A stretch of DNA of 64,000 nucleotides from Octopus vulgaris. Lineage: Eukaryota. The DNA lies in the NCBI GenBank assembly GCA_951406725.2, contig OX597816.1, forward strand, positions 34,472,001 to 34,536,000. Direction: 5' to 3'. A program made the position numbers and the translations under genes. Below the pieces are notes generated by a model. It had not been told where the DNA came from. It saw only the letters and a list, made by a program, of their open reading frames with translations, and did not search any database. This document shows, in pieces, positions 1-13,169 of this stretch; positions within the stretch are counted from its first letter, which is position 1; the number at the start of each line of letters is the position of its first letter.

Positions 1-27
1 TGCCTATACCATCTTTTTTCTGTTGTT
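1..27 (-). mobile_element. 5' end of another truncated Dong/R4 copy running off the left edge of the window
   Basis: 1-27 (tgcctataccatcttttttctgttgtt) is identical to 618-644 inside the large element and is followed directly by (TTA)n. Confidence 0.75.
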
Positions 28-48
28 TTATTATTATTATTTTTTCTG

Positions 49-112
<64 letters not shown>
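28..112. repeat. (TTA)n microsatellite (Dong target)
   Basis: Direct reading. Confidence 0.95.
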
Positions 113-115
<3 letters not shown>

Positions 116-2880
116 TAGTTTTATTTTTATTTTTATAGCGTGCTTTCACTTCACTACCGAGCGCAGCTCTGTGTGCCTTGGGTATGTGCTGTGATTTGTT
201 GTGATGCTCTGATGGTTATTGTATGGAAAGTGTTCTGCGTAGGATGTGGGCAGTGCCAGGTAGTGCAATTTTCTGTATGTTATATGTGTTTGTAAGTCCT
301 GGTGTTTTTGTTATGTATTTGTCTGAATATTTTTTTATCATGCCTAATGCACCTACTATGATAGGAATTGTTTCTGTTTTCAGATTCCACATTCTAGTTA
401 CCTCTATTTCCAAGTCTTTGTATTTTGAGAGTTTCTCCATTTCTTTTAGAGACACGTTGTCATCTGCCGGTATTGATACATCAATTAAAAAGCATTTTTT
501 TCTTCATGATCTCTGACAACTATATCTGGTCTGTTGGCCTTAATTTCTCTATCTGTGTGTATCGGCATATCCCAGAGTATGGTTGCTTTCTCGTTTTCTG
601 TGACCTTTTCTGGTGTGTGCCTATACCATCTTTTTTCTGTTGTTATTCCATAATGTTGGCATAGCTTCCAATGTATGTAGGTTCCAACTCTGTCATGTCT
701 GTGAATATATTCCTTCTTAGCCAGGACTGGGCAGCTAGAGATAATATGATTTATTGTTTCTTGTCCATCTCCACATATTCTGCAGTTACTTGTAATATTT
801 CTTTTCATTACATGTTTTTGGTAATTTCTGGTGGGGAGGCTTTGGTCTTGTGCTGCAATTAAAAATCCCTCTGTTTCTGCTTTGAGTCCTGAGCTTCTCA
901 ACCATTGCTGGGATTTCTCTTTGTCTATTTCTTTTGCGTTTAGTTTAGTGCAGTATTTACCATGAAGGGGCTTTTCTTGCCATCGTTTTATCATGGTTCG
1001 TTGCTGTTCTGTTTTTAGTTTGGATTTCATTTGTTTTATAGCTTTTGTTGTTTCTTCATCTTCTTCTTCTTCTTCTTCATGTTTATTAGGTGGTATGATT
1101 TCTTGTTTGTATTTGTCAGCTTCCTTAAATACTGAGAACAGTTTTTTGTTTTGCTCGTGTTTTGCCGCTATCTGGATCAGTTTTCCTTCCTTCTGAAGTA
1201 GATATTTTTGCAGTCCTATGGTGGTTATTTTATAGTAGTTTTCCAGCTGTATAAGGCCTCTACCACCTTCTATACGTTGTATATATAGTCTTTCTATGTC
1301 AGATTTTGGGTGATGCATCCTAGACCCTGTCATTATTTTTCTTGTTTTCCTATCTATTTTGGTCAGTTCATTTCGTGTCCAGTTAAGGATATTGTAGCTG
1401 TAACTTATAACTGGGACAGCTAAAGTGTTGATACCTATTATCTTGTTTTTAGCATTGAGCTCTGTGTTTAGTATTGATCTAACTCGTCTATAATATTCTT
1501 TTTTTATTTTCTCTTTCATTTGTGTGTGTTGTGTCTTATCTAGTTCATGGATTCCTAAGTATTTGTAAGTTTGGCTTTGGTCTAGTTCTTTTATTTCATT
1601 GGTTTTATCTAGTGTGATGTTGTTACTCTTAACTAGTTTTCCTCTTTTCATGGTAACTTTGGCGCATTTTTCTAATCCAAATTTCATATCTATTTCTTTG
1701 GTAAATCCATGAACTGTCTTTAATAGTGTTTCCAGCTGTTTGTCATTTGCAGCGTATAGTTTTAGGTCATCCATATATAAAAGGTGGCTGATCTTTTTGC
1801 CGTAACATTTATATCCGCATCCAGTTCTATTTAGCATATCAGATAGAGGTGACAGTGCCAAGCAGAAAAGGAGTGGAGAGAGCGTGTCTCCCTGGAATAT
1901 TCCTCTTCTAATGGGGATGTCTTTGGTTTTCATGAGTCCCTCTTTTGTTTGGAGGTGTAGGACTGTTTGCCATTTATTCATAGAGTGCTCTATGAATTTT
2001 ATGATTGTTGGTGCTACTTTGTTAATGGCTAGTGTTTCGAGGATCCATGTGTGGGGGATGCTATCAAACGCCTTTTTGTAGTCAATCCAGGCCATACTGA
2101 GGCCTTTCTTCTTTCTGTGGCTGTCTTCAGTTATGGCTTTATTAATCATTAGTTGATCTTTACAGCCATATGAGCCTTTGCGGCATCCTTTCTGTTCTTC
2201 TGGGAACAGTTTGTTTTCGTCCAGGTGCTTGTTCAGCCTTTGTGATATCACTGCAGTAAATGCCTTGAACATAGTAGGGAGGCAGGTTATTGGTCTGTAG
2301 TTTTCTGGTTTTTCTGTTTCATTTGATTTGGGAATTAAGATGGTTTTCCCCTTCGTGAGCCATTCAGGCATTGTCTCTGGCTCTGCTAGTACGTTGTTAA
2401 AGTTTTCAGCCAGCTTTTTGTGCATTCCTGTTAGATATTTCAACCAGAAGTTGGTGATCTTGTCATGCCCAGGTGCCTTCCAGTTGCTTAGTCTTTGCAG
2501 TGCCTGGGTGACCTCTTCAGTTGTTATGGGGGTCCAAAGTTGTTCAGATGCCGAGTTTGTAATTTTGATACTCCTTTTTTTTGGTGGTTCGTTCGCCGAC
2601 CATATCTCTCTCCAGAATTCTTCCAATTCTTCTGCCGTTGGTGCTGCAGTGACTTCTATTTTATTTTTTCCCAGTTCTTGGTAGAACTTTTTGGGGTTGG
2701 AGCTGAACTTTTTGTTTTCTTCAAAGAAGCGTTGGCGTTTCTTGTACCGGCGGATCCTTTGTGCTTTGGCAAGGATATCTTGCTTCAGCTTTTCTTTTAT
2801 TTCAGGCAAATCTTTCTCTGTCATGTTATATTTGCGGAGTATTTTTGTTCTCTTTTTGTTGCTCAGTAGCGTTGATTCTT
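113..2880 (-). mobile_element. R4/Dong-clade non-LTR retrotransposon (RT + restriction-like endonuclease), 5'-truncated, inserted in (TAA)n
   Basis: RT motifs NYRPITCL, WIDYKKAFD, GIFQGDTLSPLLF, HLLYMDDLK and YKYLG; CCHC knuckle CRICGDGQETINHIISSC; RLE motif RPDIVV; ~100-bp 3' UTR ending in (TAA)n; TAA arrays on both sides, the known target of Dong elements. Confidence 0.93.
216..2878 (-). CDS. Retrotransposon RT-RLE polyprotein, partial; one -1 frameshift in the A7 run near 495-501
   Basis: The 779-aa ORF is open upstream to 2878 (ESTLLSNKKRTKILRKYN-MTEKD). Adding one A to the homopolymer joins it to KKCFLIDVSIPADDNVSLKEMEKLSKY...HILRRTLSIQ*, ending at 216. Confidence 0.88.
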
Positions 2881-2891
2881 ATTGATTATTG

Positions 2892-2892
<1 letters not shown>

Positions 2893-2969
<77 letters not shown>
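2893..2969. repeat. (TTA)n microsatellite between Dong copies
   Basis: Direct reading. Confidence 0.95.
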
Positions 2970-2972
<3 letters not shown>

Positions 2973-3101
2973 TAGTTTTATTTTTATAACGTGCTTTCAC
3001 TTCACTACCGAGCGCAGCTCTGTGTACCTTGGGTATGTGCTGTGATTTGTTGTGATGCTCTGATGGTTATTGTATGGAACGTGTTCTGCGTAGGTTGTGT
3101 G
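2970..3101 (-). mobile_element. Very short (about 130 bp) 5'-truncated copy of the same Dong/R4 element (3' UTR plus last codons)
   Basis: Near-identical to 113-250 and flanked by (TTA)n on both sides. Confidence 0.92.
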
Positions 3102-3308
<207 letters not shown>

Positions 3309-3320
3309 TCTATTTATATA

Positions 3321-4515
3321 CATGGTGTGTAAGTTATTTGAAGACATATATTTTTGAGTCATTGCTGCATTTTTGCTATCTCTGTATAATCTTAGTTTCA
3401 GAAAATAATGAGGGCAGTCTTTCAGCTAATTCAAGAAATGAAGAGACATATTTTGTGGTTATAAAGGTTAATCATGTTAAAAAGATGCTAGATCTTTGGT
3501 CTACACAGTTTGTTAGGAGATGGAAATGTATCACCAGTATTAAAATCGAAAAAGCATTCTAATCGCTCTGAATTAATCAGAACCCCTGCATTTATCCAGC
3601 AAGTTTAACAGACCATTGATTGCAATCACAGAAATTTCATGAGATCAAATACAAAATTATCCATGTATCAGAAGGGTCAGTTAGAAATAATGTCCCCGAA
3701 GATATCAACTATAATCACCATATGTGATGAGGAAAGGTCAATTTTCAGAAAAAGCAAATGAAAATCACTACATCAGATCTAAAAGGTCCTTAAGCAAACT
3801 GAAAATCCAGCAAAAGATTTGATGTCGTTTTTTTTTTCAAACTAGAAAAAGTTCAACCAAGATCAAAAAGATAACACAAGAAATGACAGATGATTATGTA
3901 CAGTGCCAAGTGTTATGCATATAAAATTTCCTGCAACTGACATCGTTTTAGGGTTTGTCAGCAATGAAGTACATGTGATGCTTCCTTACTTCCTTCAACA
4001 AGACCTTAGAGTTAACTCTGCAGCCTACACTGAGGTCCTGAAAATATTTTTTAAGCCCTGGATAGACAGTGTATGCAATGGAAGGGCATATGTGTTTCAG
4101 TAAGAATCTGCACTATCACACATGGCTCTAGAAATACAGGAATAACTGAAAATGTTCATGGTCATGTAAGCACTAATATTTAACGTCCCCTATTCCCCAG
4201 ATCTCAATGCATTGGACCATTGCATGTGGAGCGGCGTTGCGTGCGAGGTCAATGAAAACGCCCATAACACCACAGATTCTTTGAAACCTGCACTAATCAG
4301 TGTAATGTCCAAAATGAAACAGGACCACTTCATTCGAGCATGTAGATGATTTAGATCTCCTATAGGAGCAGCAGTTGAAGTTGAAGGTGGTTTATTGAAT
4401 AATGTTATAGAAAAGAAGGTTTATCTTTTATCTTGATAAATAATGCTATTACTTGTTATTATATATCTGTGTTTTTATAAACATAAATCCGTCTTCAAAT
4501 ATGTTACGTACCCTA
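3321..4515 (+). mobile_element. Degraded IS630-Tc1-mariner transposon, maT/DD37D-like
   Basis: Degenerate TIRs catggtgtgtaagttatttgaagac (3321) and gtcttcaaatatgttacgtacccta (4515) with TA flanks. Peptide VMHIKFPATDIVLGFVSNEVHVMLPYF...VNSAAYTEVL...KPWIDSVCNGRAYVFQ and a SPDLNALD remnant near 4195-4220. Confidence 0.8.
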
Positions 4516-5000
4516 TATATATATATATATATATAAGTTCCTCAGATCTAAGAAATCTGTAAGTCTGTTGAAGTCTAGATGCAAAGATTTAAGTGGTTGT
4601 AACGATATGGACAAGTTTCTCTTTACAAATTGGAAACTGCCATTTTCTCCGTTTTGGTCAGGTCACTATTTTTGCAGCCTTATATTCTACCGTCTAAGGG
4701 GAAATAATTCTAGCTCCCACTTTTTCTTACAGTTTTCTTTTCGTTTCCGATTTTTCAAAATTCCACCTTTTAATATTCACTTCTTTCTAGAGTTTTCTCA
4801 CCTTTTCTTCTAATTCATTGTCCTATTGTAGCTTGTTATGCCATGTGCGAAGTGACTGAAGATTGCGTTGGGACACCAGATGTGTTTAGAGATATTGTCT
4901 GGCATACTTATATAGCATGGAATTAATTGTAGCAAATAAAACATATTAAGTTTATTAAGTATTACTTATCTCTCACTAGTTGGTGTGCATTTTTGTTAAT

Positions 5001-5051
<51 letters not shown>

Positions 5052-5207
5052 ACTCCGATATACATACACATTGATATGCATGTTTACGTAATAAAACACA
5101 GAGATATATCGAGAAATACAGTGAGCATATGTTATTATGCAATCCATAAATTGCATCAATAAAATGCTAACGAAACGGCTCTAATAAAATTGCCTTGTTA
5201 TGATATA

Positions 5208-5260
<53 letters not shown>

Positions 5261-5305
5261 ATATATACATACATATATGTATATTATATATACAAATATA
5301 GATAG

Positions 5306-5351
<46 letters not shown>

Positions 5352-5849
5352 ATGTATATTTATTTATACATGCACGCATAGATATTTGACAAGTGAATAT
5401 TTCAATATGTATGTACATATATATATATATTATAAAAACAATTTTTGTACGTTTTGTATATATGAATATTCCGATATTCTATACCTGTTACCATTGATTA
5501 TTTCTTTCCTAATATTTTATTGGCCTTACTGCTTGTAAACAATAACGGGTGTGTTCAGGGATATAATGAATTAGCTTATTTTTATATGTTCCAATAAAGT
5601 GTCAGCATGTTATTCCATACATTGCATATGCTATCATTCATCATATGCTGCCATTCGTTTGCAGGTTTTGCCAATGTATTGCTTTACAACATTTCCAATT
5701 GTTGTATCTTCGTTTATATATCGTATATATTTAGCTACCACGCAGATGTTCATTAATATTTTCATTACTGGAGGTGTGTAGATTCTATTATTTTGTTTTG
5801 GTTTTCTTATGCTGTTTTAAATACTGTTAGAACATATCATCAAAGCACT

Positions 5850-6070
5850 GCTGTGGTAAAATCGTTGGAGGTTCTGAAACTATATGTTGCACTATTTTGA
5901 AGTCTTCTTGAGTTGAAATTCGACCGACGGCAAATTTGTCTTTCATCTTTTCATGGGTGACAAAATAATCTAGAATCCAAGTATTGAAGTACTGAGATTC
6001 CTTCTATCGATTATCCCGTACCCTCTCTGCAAAATCTCTAACCTTGTGCATTTATCAGAAATCATTATTA
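5850..6070 (+). mobile_element. Degraded SINE family B
   Basis: gagttgaaattc...gtctttcatcttttcatgggtgacaaaataa aligns with the copies at 10888 and 16253. Confidence 0.55.
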
Positions 6071-6617
6071 GAACATGTATATTAAATCCAGTTCTTTGAA
6101 TTTTCTCTTGAATATCATAGGCTAGGTACATTTTTATGGCTTATATGAAATGATGTAACACGTGTTAAAACGGTGCAGCTCTAAGGGAAGTACATTCGTT
6201 GCTTTGAACAAAATGCAATGATTGTGATCCTCTTCCCAACTGCTAGAAATTGTGTGAATTTCATGTTTGAAATACCGGAAACTGCTTAAGTAAGTGGAGT
6301 GTAGCATTCAGATGCATTTCAACGAGCCAATTCTAGTATGCAGACATAGACGAGGTAAACAGTGTTTGGAACAAATGGCATGCGGTACTAATATTAGAAT
6401 ACTATGTTTAAACCTTACTCTTATACTGAACACTCACCAAACAATAACCGTCGTGAATCAGACCGAAATTTTACTCACCATTAATTGGATCCTAGACATC
6501 ACCATTTTTTCTGATGAATAACGATATTCGGCCCAACAATGCATATTTAGAGGGCGAACGTCCAATAACACTGTACTTGTTCCACGTCCCCGCGTAGTTG
6601 TGTTTTCATGTTTGGAT

Positions 6618-6664
<47 letters not shown>

Positions 6665-9600
6665 GCATGTATGTATGTATTTATATCTGTGTATACGAAG
6701 ACGAATGATTGATATGGTAAAATTATGAAGCTCATGCATTTTAATCAGGCGACAGAAAATTGTTGTTTTTGTAGTTGCATACTAAAACAAATTGTCCTTG
6801 TTCTTTTTAGAATTATAGAGCCTTAAATGGAAACTTAAAGTTTCAGCAACAATCGGTCTTTTAAATTGTATATTTTATACCGATTGAATTGACATCTAAC
6901 ATTCTAGTCACGACCAACACACCTGTTTATGAATATTTCTTTCTAACTTGGCTTTTCCGAAAATTTCAATTCTTGTCTAATGAAAATAGAGCATGAATTG
7001 ATGAAATAGATGTGTCTCTGTTTCTTGCCCTTATAAAGTTTGGGAAGTTTTTCACTCATTCTCATAAGCAGTAAAATAAAGTAAATGACATTCTCACATT
7101 TGTTTGTATTTCAGAGGGAGGAAACGTTTTGAAGACAACGGAGATATTCCATGCAGTTTGAATTAAGTATACAAATAAGATACAATTGATCTTCGATATG
7201 TTTCTTGTATTAGAATTTGTCACATTATATACACAACTTCATTAACAGGAAGAGATGAAAAAACAAGTCATAATACCGGCTTTATTTATCTAATTCACAA
7301 AATTTAGGGCATGTGAAAACAGTTATTTTTACTATGTCAAAATGATTTTTATATTAGCGTCGATATATCAATACATAGCGCAAAACAGTATAGAAGAATT
7401 TTTTAAGAAATCTGTATTCTAAACTACTACACGATTATAAGAGTAATCGAATGGGCTTAGATTTTGGTACATGTACGCTCTCTGCACCAAAAGGATTCAG
7501 ACATAAAATCTATGAAAAGTTTATTATAATATTTATAATCATGGAATTGTTTAAATCAAATATATATGTAACATGCGCGAGCTCACATTTGCCGAAAAGT
7601 TATTCATTCTATTTATTCTTTTCTTATTTTTTTTTGTATTCGTTATAAAATAGAAACGATATTTAGTCATGTTCAATACGTTATTCATAATCGTTCCTAA
7701 AATCGATTTATCAAAGGTTTCTTTACATTTTTCTCCTTCCTACTCTCTTCTCTCCTACATTACAACAAAAATAAACGAAAACGTATTGAGAGATGTGATA
7801 CAAAAATAATTGTTTAATGATAAATTTTAAAATTGCTGTGACTTATACCACTTCCTCTGGAATATTTGGCAAAGTTATAATGTATCAATAGATATTCAAC
7901 ACGGAAGTCGACATCTATCATGATGGCAACTTGAGATTATTAAATAAACGACATCTTATTAATAAGATGCCTGTCACATTAACTATCAATCTGTAAATGA
8001 AAACATTGTATTTTATTAAAATTTCGCGTCTTCTAAAAATTTTAAATGCAAATCATGTGATTTATTATTTTAAAATCAAAATGCCAGTTATATTAAAACT
8101 TTTCGTGGTGAAATCATGTGGAGGAATGGAACGTTAATGTATCGAAAACCGATACAGTGTGTTCCTTAGTGAGATGAAAGAAGAGCAAAATTTGCATATA
8201 TAAATGAAAGAAAATATAAAAGAAAACATTGGTCTTAGGCGTTGACGATAAAATACTAAAATTAAGATACAAGGAATAATACCTTTTTTACCCCGTGTAA
8301 CAGCTGACGTGAAATCAAATAATTCTGTTATAAAACGAAATAAAAATAAAAGAAAAAATAGAGAACATATCACACATCTCAAATTAATATTCAGTCAATT
8401 CATCATTAAATCATATGCTAATGTATTTTTACCCAGTAGAGGGAAATGGCTTTATTGCCGAGTTGTTAACAATACTCGTATTAAAATAACATAAGGCGTT
8501 TCCGATTATATTAAATTTTCTACTTTCAAAAGAATATTCAATTACCAGATGAAGCTGATACGCTTCTCACATTCTGAGTTCTGGGTTATATTTTAATATG
8601 TTTTTCTCATTCAATTTAATAAGCGCGTCATCCGTTACACCCACATATTTAATGGAATAATAATATATTAGACATAAGTAATATCGTATAGAAATATTTA
8701 GCTACACTGAAGTATATAATTTCGTATAATTACAATTAGATTACGTTAGAGTGGTGAAATGGTGTTTTAATTCATTTTCAATCTAAATCTTTTATACATT
8801 TAATTCCGTGTTAACGAGATTTCTAAAATAATTTATCATTTCTGTGAGGTTTAATTTCAATATAATTTCAAATAATGGCTTTTGTGAACAGAAAATAAAC
8901 GATTTAATATATAAGAATTTCAATATATTTTCCTTATATTTTTAGTATACAGCGATATTTAAACATAATTTGTATAGCTATACTTATTTTCACTCACGCT
9001 GTACCTAAAGTTTCGACTACGGTCATATTTTGTTTAAGTTGTCTAAACCAAGTAACAGAGTTTATATAATGTTTCATGTTGGTTTACGGTATGCGTAATG
9101 TACGATACATCCGAGAAAATATGATTCATGTTAAGTTGACACAAGCTTTTGAAACATCACGAATGTAATATTCCTTTCCTAATTTTTTTGAATCCAGACG
9201 CGTAGGTAAATTGTGTAACGAAATATTTTTCCTGTCTATAGAGGTTTCTATATACACAACAAATTACATAGCAGACATTTGAATGAAAATACATCTCCTC
9301 ATAACATATCCTCACAAAAGGCATTTTACTATATCAGGAGCACATGACACTTTAAAAAGTTGGAGATTTTGGTGAAAATTACAGTTTTACTTTTTACTGC
9401 CAACGCGATATCACATGGCATTGATCATTATCATGACCGTATATACTATTAGATTTGTAAGAATATCGTTATAAATATATTTTACCTAATTATTTTGGAA
9501 AATACTTTTTGGATTTTAGATTAATAGTCAAGAAACATGCACGGCATTGACAGAGGTATTCTTTATCATCTGACATGAATTTCCACAGCTGGGTTTTGAC

Positions 9601-10529
9601 TACTTATAACATTTTATTTAGAAACTGCTAATTGGATTGAGATGAAACTCTGGAGAGATTTTGTAAATATAACATAGCATAATTTATAAAAAAAACAAGA
9701 AATGAATAAACGGAAAATACTGCAACTCTTTACACAAATGTATATGTCACGTTGCCAATTTAATGTTGCTGTATAGAAAATCATGAATATTTTAGCTATA
9801 TATGCAAACCTCGTACCTGCGACTCTGTCTTTAATGGATAAATTCTATACCTGAATATTTACAACAACAAGTAAATATCCTGTAAATACTTATGCCTTTA
9901 CATATATCAACGAGGAAGGCAATGAAAACATGTTCTTTTGCTAAATGTACATTGATGCTTAGCAACAATGTGTATGGAAAATCATTTACGATGATGCTCA
10001 TATATCGCAATTAGAAACGAAATTAAATTTGTGCAAAATTAAAGTGTTAATAGACATATCATATATATTTATATATATAATACCTTCTTTCTACATAAGC
10101 ATACTTGTTTGCAAATGTGTGTGTCAGCTAATGCATGTGTATAAGTTTTTATTTAAAGAAACCGTACGTTAACTGGATCTAAATAGTCTGACATTCTAAG
10201 GTCAATCACTAAATAATTCTATGATTATTAAGATTGCGTGTGTCATATTGTCCGCAGTTATACATTAATTCTGATAAAAATATACAGGAATACATATGTT
10301 TTGTAGAATTTATAGTAGATTATTAAAATATAAGAATTTAGTGTCCATCATCATATCAAAATTATGAACGTGATAAGTTCATTACAAAAAACAGAATTGC
10401 GCCGTGCTCTAGGATAGATGGCGATCTTTTGGCAGGGGGACCATGGGGATTGTAATGTTTACTATATCTCGTATATTTTCTACCAGTGAAATTGGCTTTA
10501 AATTTAGGCTTAAGATCAGCAATTTACTC

Positions 10530-10850
10530 GATTAGATCTAGCCCAGTTGTCAACTGGTATTTATTTCTTTGATACTGAAATTGATTAAAAGCAAAGTCGA
10601 TCTCAGTGGAATTTGAACTTAGAAGGTAAATAGCAACGACGATCCTAACACTGGTTTCCAATATTGGCACAAGGCCAGCAGGTTTGGGGAAGTGGATTAG
10701 TCTATTACGTCAAACGAAATGTTCAACTGGGACTTATTTTATCGAAACCGTAACGATGAATGCAATGACTAGTGCGGCGGAATCTAAACTCAGAATGTAA
10801 AGATGGACGAAATGACGATAAGCATTTTGCCCAGCTTGCCATGGATTTTG
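10530..10850 (-). mobile_element. Two degraded SINE family B fragments
   Basis: Reverse complements of the family B core (actggtatttatttc...gcaaagtcgatctcagtggaatttgaact; gggacttattttatcga...gcggcggaatctaaactcagaa). Confidence 0.6.
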
Positions 10851-10887
10851 CCAGGAGTAATATTACACAAATATTACAGGTAGATAA

Positions 10888-11105
10888 AGGCGGCGAACTT
10901 GCAGGATCGTTAGCACGTAGCGAGAAATCTTCAGCGGCATTTCGTCCCACTTTACTTTCTGAGTTAAAATTTATCCTGGGTCGACAATGCTTTTCATATT
11001 TTCGGGGTTGATAAAATAAGTACCAGCTGAGTACTGGGGTCGATGCAATTACTTATCCCCCCCCTATAGAAATAACTGGACATCTTTCCAAAATTTTCAA
11101 CCAAT
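10888..11105 (+). mobile_element. SINE family B (tRNA-derived)
   Basis: Head ggcggcgaacttgcaggatcgttagc, B-box-like gagttaaaat, core ttttcatattttcggggttgataaaataagtaccag; repeated elsewhere in the window. Confidence 0.75.
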
Positions 11106-11762
11106 ATTAACTTTCCTTCTACTGAACAGTCTAACCTTTGATAGACAATTTACGGAAGGTATTGACTTCTGTTTCGAATCATTATGAACGCTAGGAAGTC
11201 ACATCTGTTTAATGAACATTTGTGCTACGTAAAACAAAAATGTTGGTACGTTGTTCGACATATCCATAGGAAACTAAACCATGCCTGGTGTTGCTGATTT
11301 AGTCGGAGTAGTTATTCTGGAAGCAATATTAGCCAGTATACAAGGGTGTGGCTTGGCAGTTAAACATGCTCCAGCAGATTTCGAAACCTAAATGCTTATA
11401 TTCTCAAAAGATTCTGCGACAGATAGTCACCTTAGTTTCCTGGAGCTTGTAAATAAATACGCTCCTCCACAAAATAACAAGTAATGGGCGCCAATATTCT
11501 CTGTTTTATCGCGTGAATTATGAATTGGAAAGCTGATGATATTCAGACAAGACGCGTAGCATAAGGTGTCTAATGTACGGAAATATAGTTTCTCCTAAAC
11601 ATGGATTGTTTTTTTCTTTTTAGATTTGTACTCTTGTGACTCGAAACATTTGGTGATGAGCAGCTGCTTTCCCCTTGCGAAGTGCTAATTGCTATTTTGT
11701 TAAAATGTATACATATGTATATATGGATGCGTATGAGTATGTATTTGTTTATGTGTGGCCAT

Positions 11763-11800
<38 letters not shown>

Positions 11801-11975
11801 GTAAGTACGTATGTATGTGTACATTTAAGTGACACTCTGTTAGAGTACACGTATACGAACTGACTTCTTTGAAACCAAGATCTGTAATGTCAATTTAATA
11901 TAAATTTATGAAAACATTAACAAACAACTGCGAATCCCTTATTCACCAAAGACACAAACAAAAATGACGACTATG

Positions 11976-12167
11976 GCAAACATTGTTGCACTACTTTACA
12001 ACTCTTTAAACAGTGATGACCCCTAAAGAAATATTATACGCTATCGGCACCACAAATTGGGAACATATAGTTATGGCTTAATATGTAGCCACTTGTATGT
12101 ATGTATGTATGTATGTATGTATGTATGTATGTATGTATGTATGTATGTATGTATGTATGTATGCATG

Positions 12168-12206
<39 letters not shown>

Positions 12207-12845
12207 TTCTCTATTTGTCTATCTATCAATCTATCTATTTATCTATCTATATATCTATATCTATTTATCTATCTCTTCGGTCATCTGGCCATCTGAAAAA
12301 CGCTATGAAAAAAGACCGTTATACAAAGAGAAATTACTGTGTTATAATTCCGCTACTTATATAAATTAAGGTTAAAAGTTCATAGTAAACACGTATGCAT
12401 GCCCACTCATACGCTCACATGTTTTTTTCTGTATTATTGTTTTTTTTCTGTATTGTTACCTTTAACCATGTTTTTCTTCTGCTTGTGCGTATATAGACGT
12501 ATGTATGAACATTTACGGTACGCGTGTGTGTGTAAAAGTTTGACCGAAGAGATGGTGTTGTGGATTTCAAACTTGGCATCCGATAGATAGATAAATAGAT
12601 ATATAGATAGATAAATAGATAGATTGATAGATAGACAAATAGATAGATAGATACATACATACATTCATACATACATACATACATACATACATACATACAT
12701 ACATACATACATACATACATACATACCAATGGCTACATATTAAAACATAATTATGTGTTTCCAATCTGTGCTGCCGATAGCGTATAATATTTCTTTAGGG
12801 GGCATCACTGGTTAAAGAGTTGCAAAGTAGTGCAACAATGTTTGC
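11976..12845. repeat. Long imperfect inverted repeat (arms about 11976-12273 and 12582-12845) with mirrored microsatellites
   Basis: gcaaacattgttgcactacttt...atatgtagcca-(TATG)n-(TCTA)n is mirrored by (TAGA)n-(CATA)n-tggctacatat...aaagtagtgcaacaatgtttgc. Confidence 0.9.
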
Positions 12846-13071
12846 ATATACATCAATATGCGAGTGAAGATGTGTACGTTTTCATAGTGACGCTCTCACG
12901 AAAATCCAAACTTTGAGGGTGTATTTTCGCATTGTAAATTTACCTTAAAAAATTCAATGTGCTGAAAAATAAATAACTTTTCTGAGGAAAACATAACTGC
13001 ATGTTCTCCATTGACAAACGCTGGGACGAAAAAATAAAAGCAAGAAGTTACACACATACAAACACACTCAG

Positions 13072-13113
<42 letters not shown>

Positions 13114-13169
13114 ACATTTAAACATCATTGTCCCAGTTTGTGAAACTAGCGTTCTTTTAAACAAACTAG

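Noticed and set aside
223-2885. Plus-strand ORFs overlapping the retrotransposon
   Set aside because: Antisense shadows of the RT ORF with no recognisable motifs.
6510-6540. ctgatgaataacgatattcgg as a hammerhead
   Set aside because: GAAA and the cleavage triplet are missing.
11281-11391. 36-codon ORF MPGVADLVGVVILEAILASIQGCGLAVKHAPADFET
   Set aside because: Too short, with no homology or splice support recognisable by eye.
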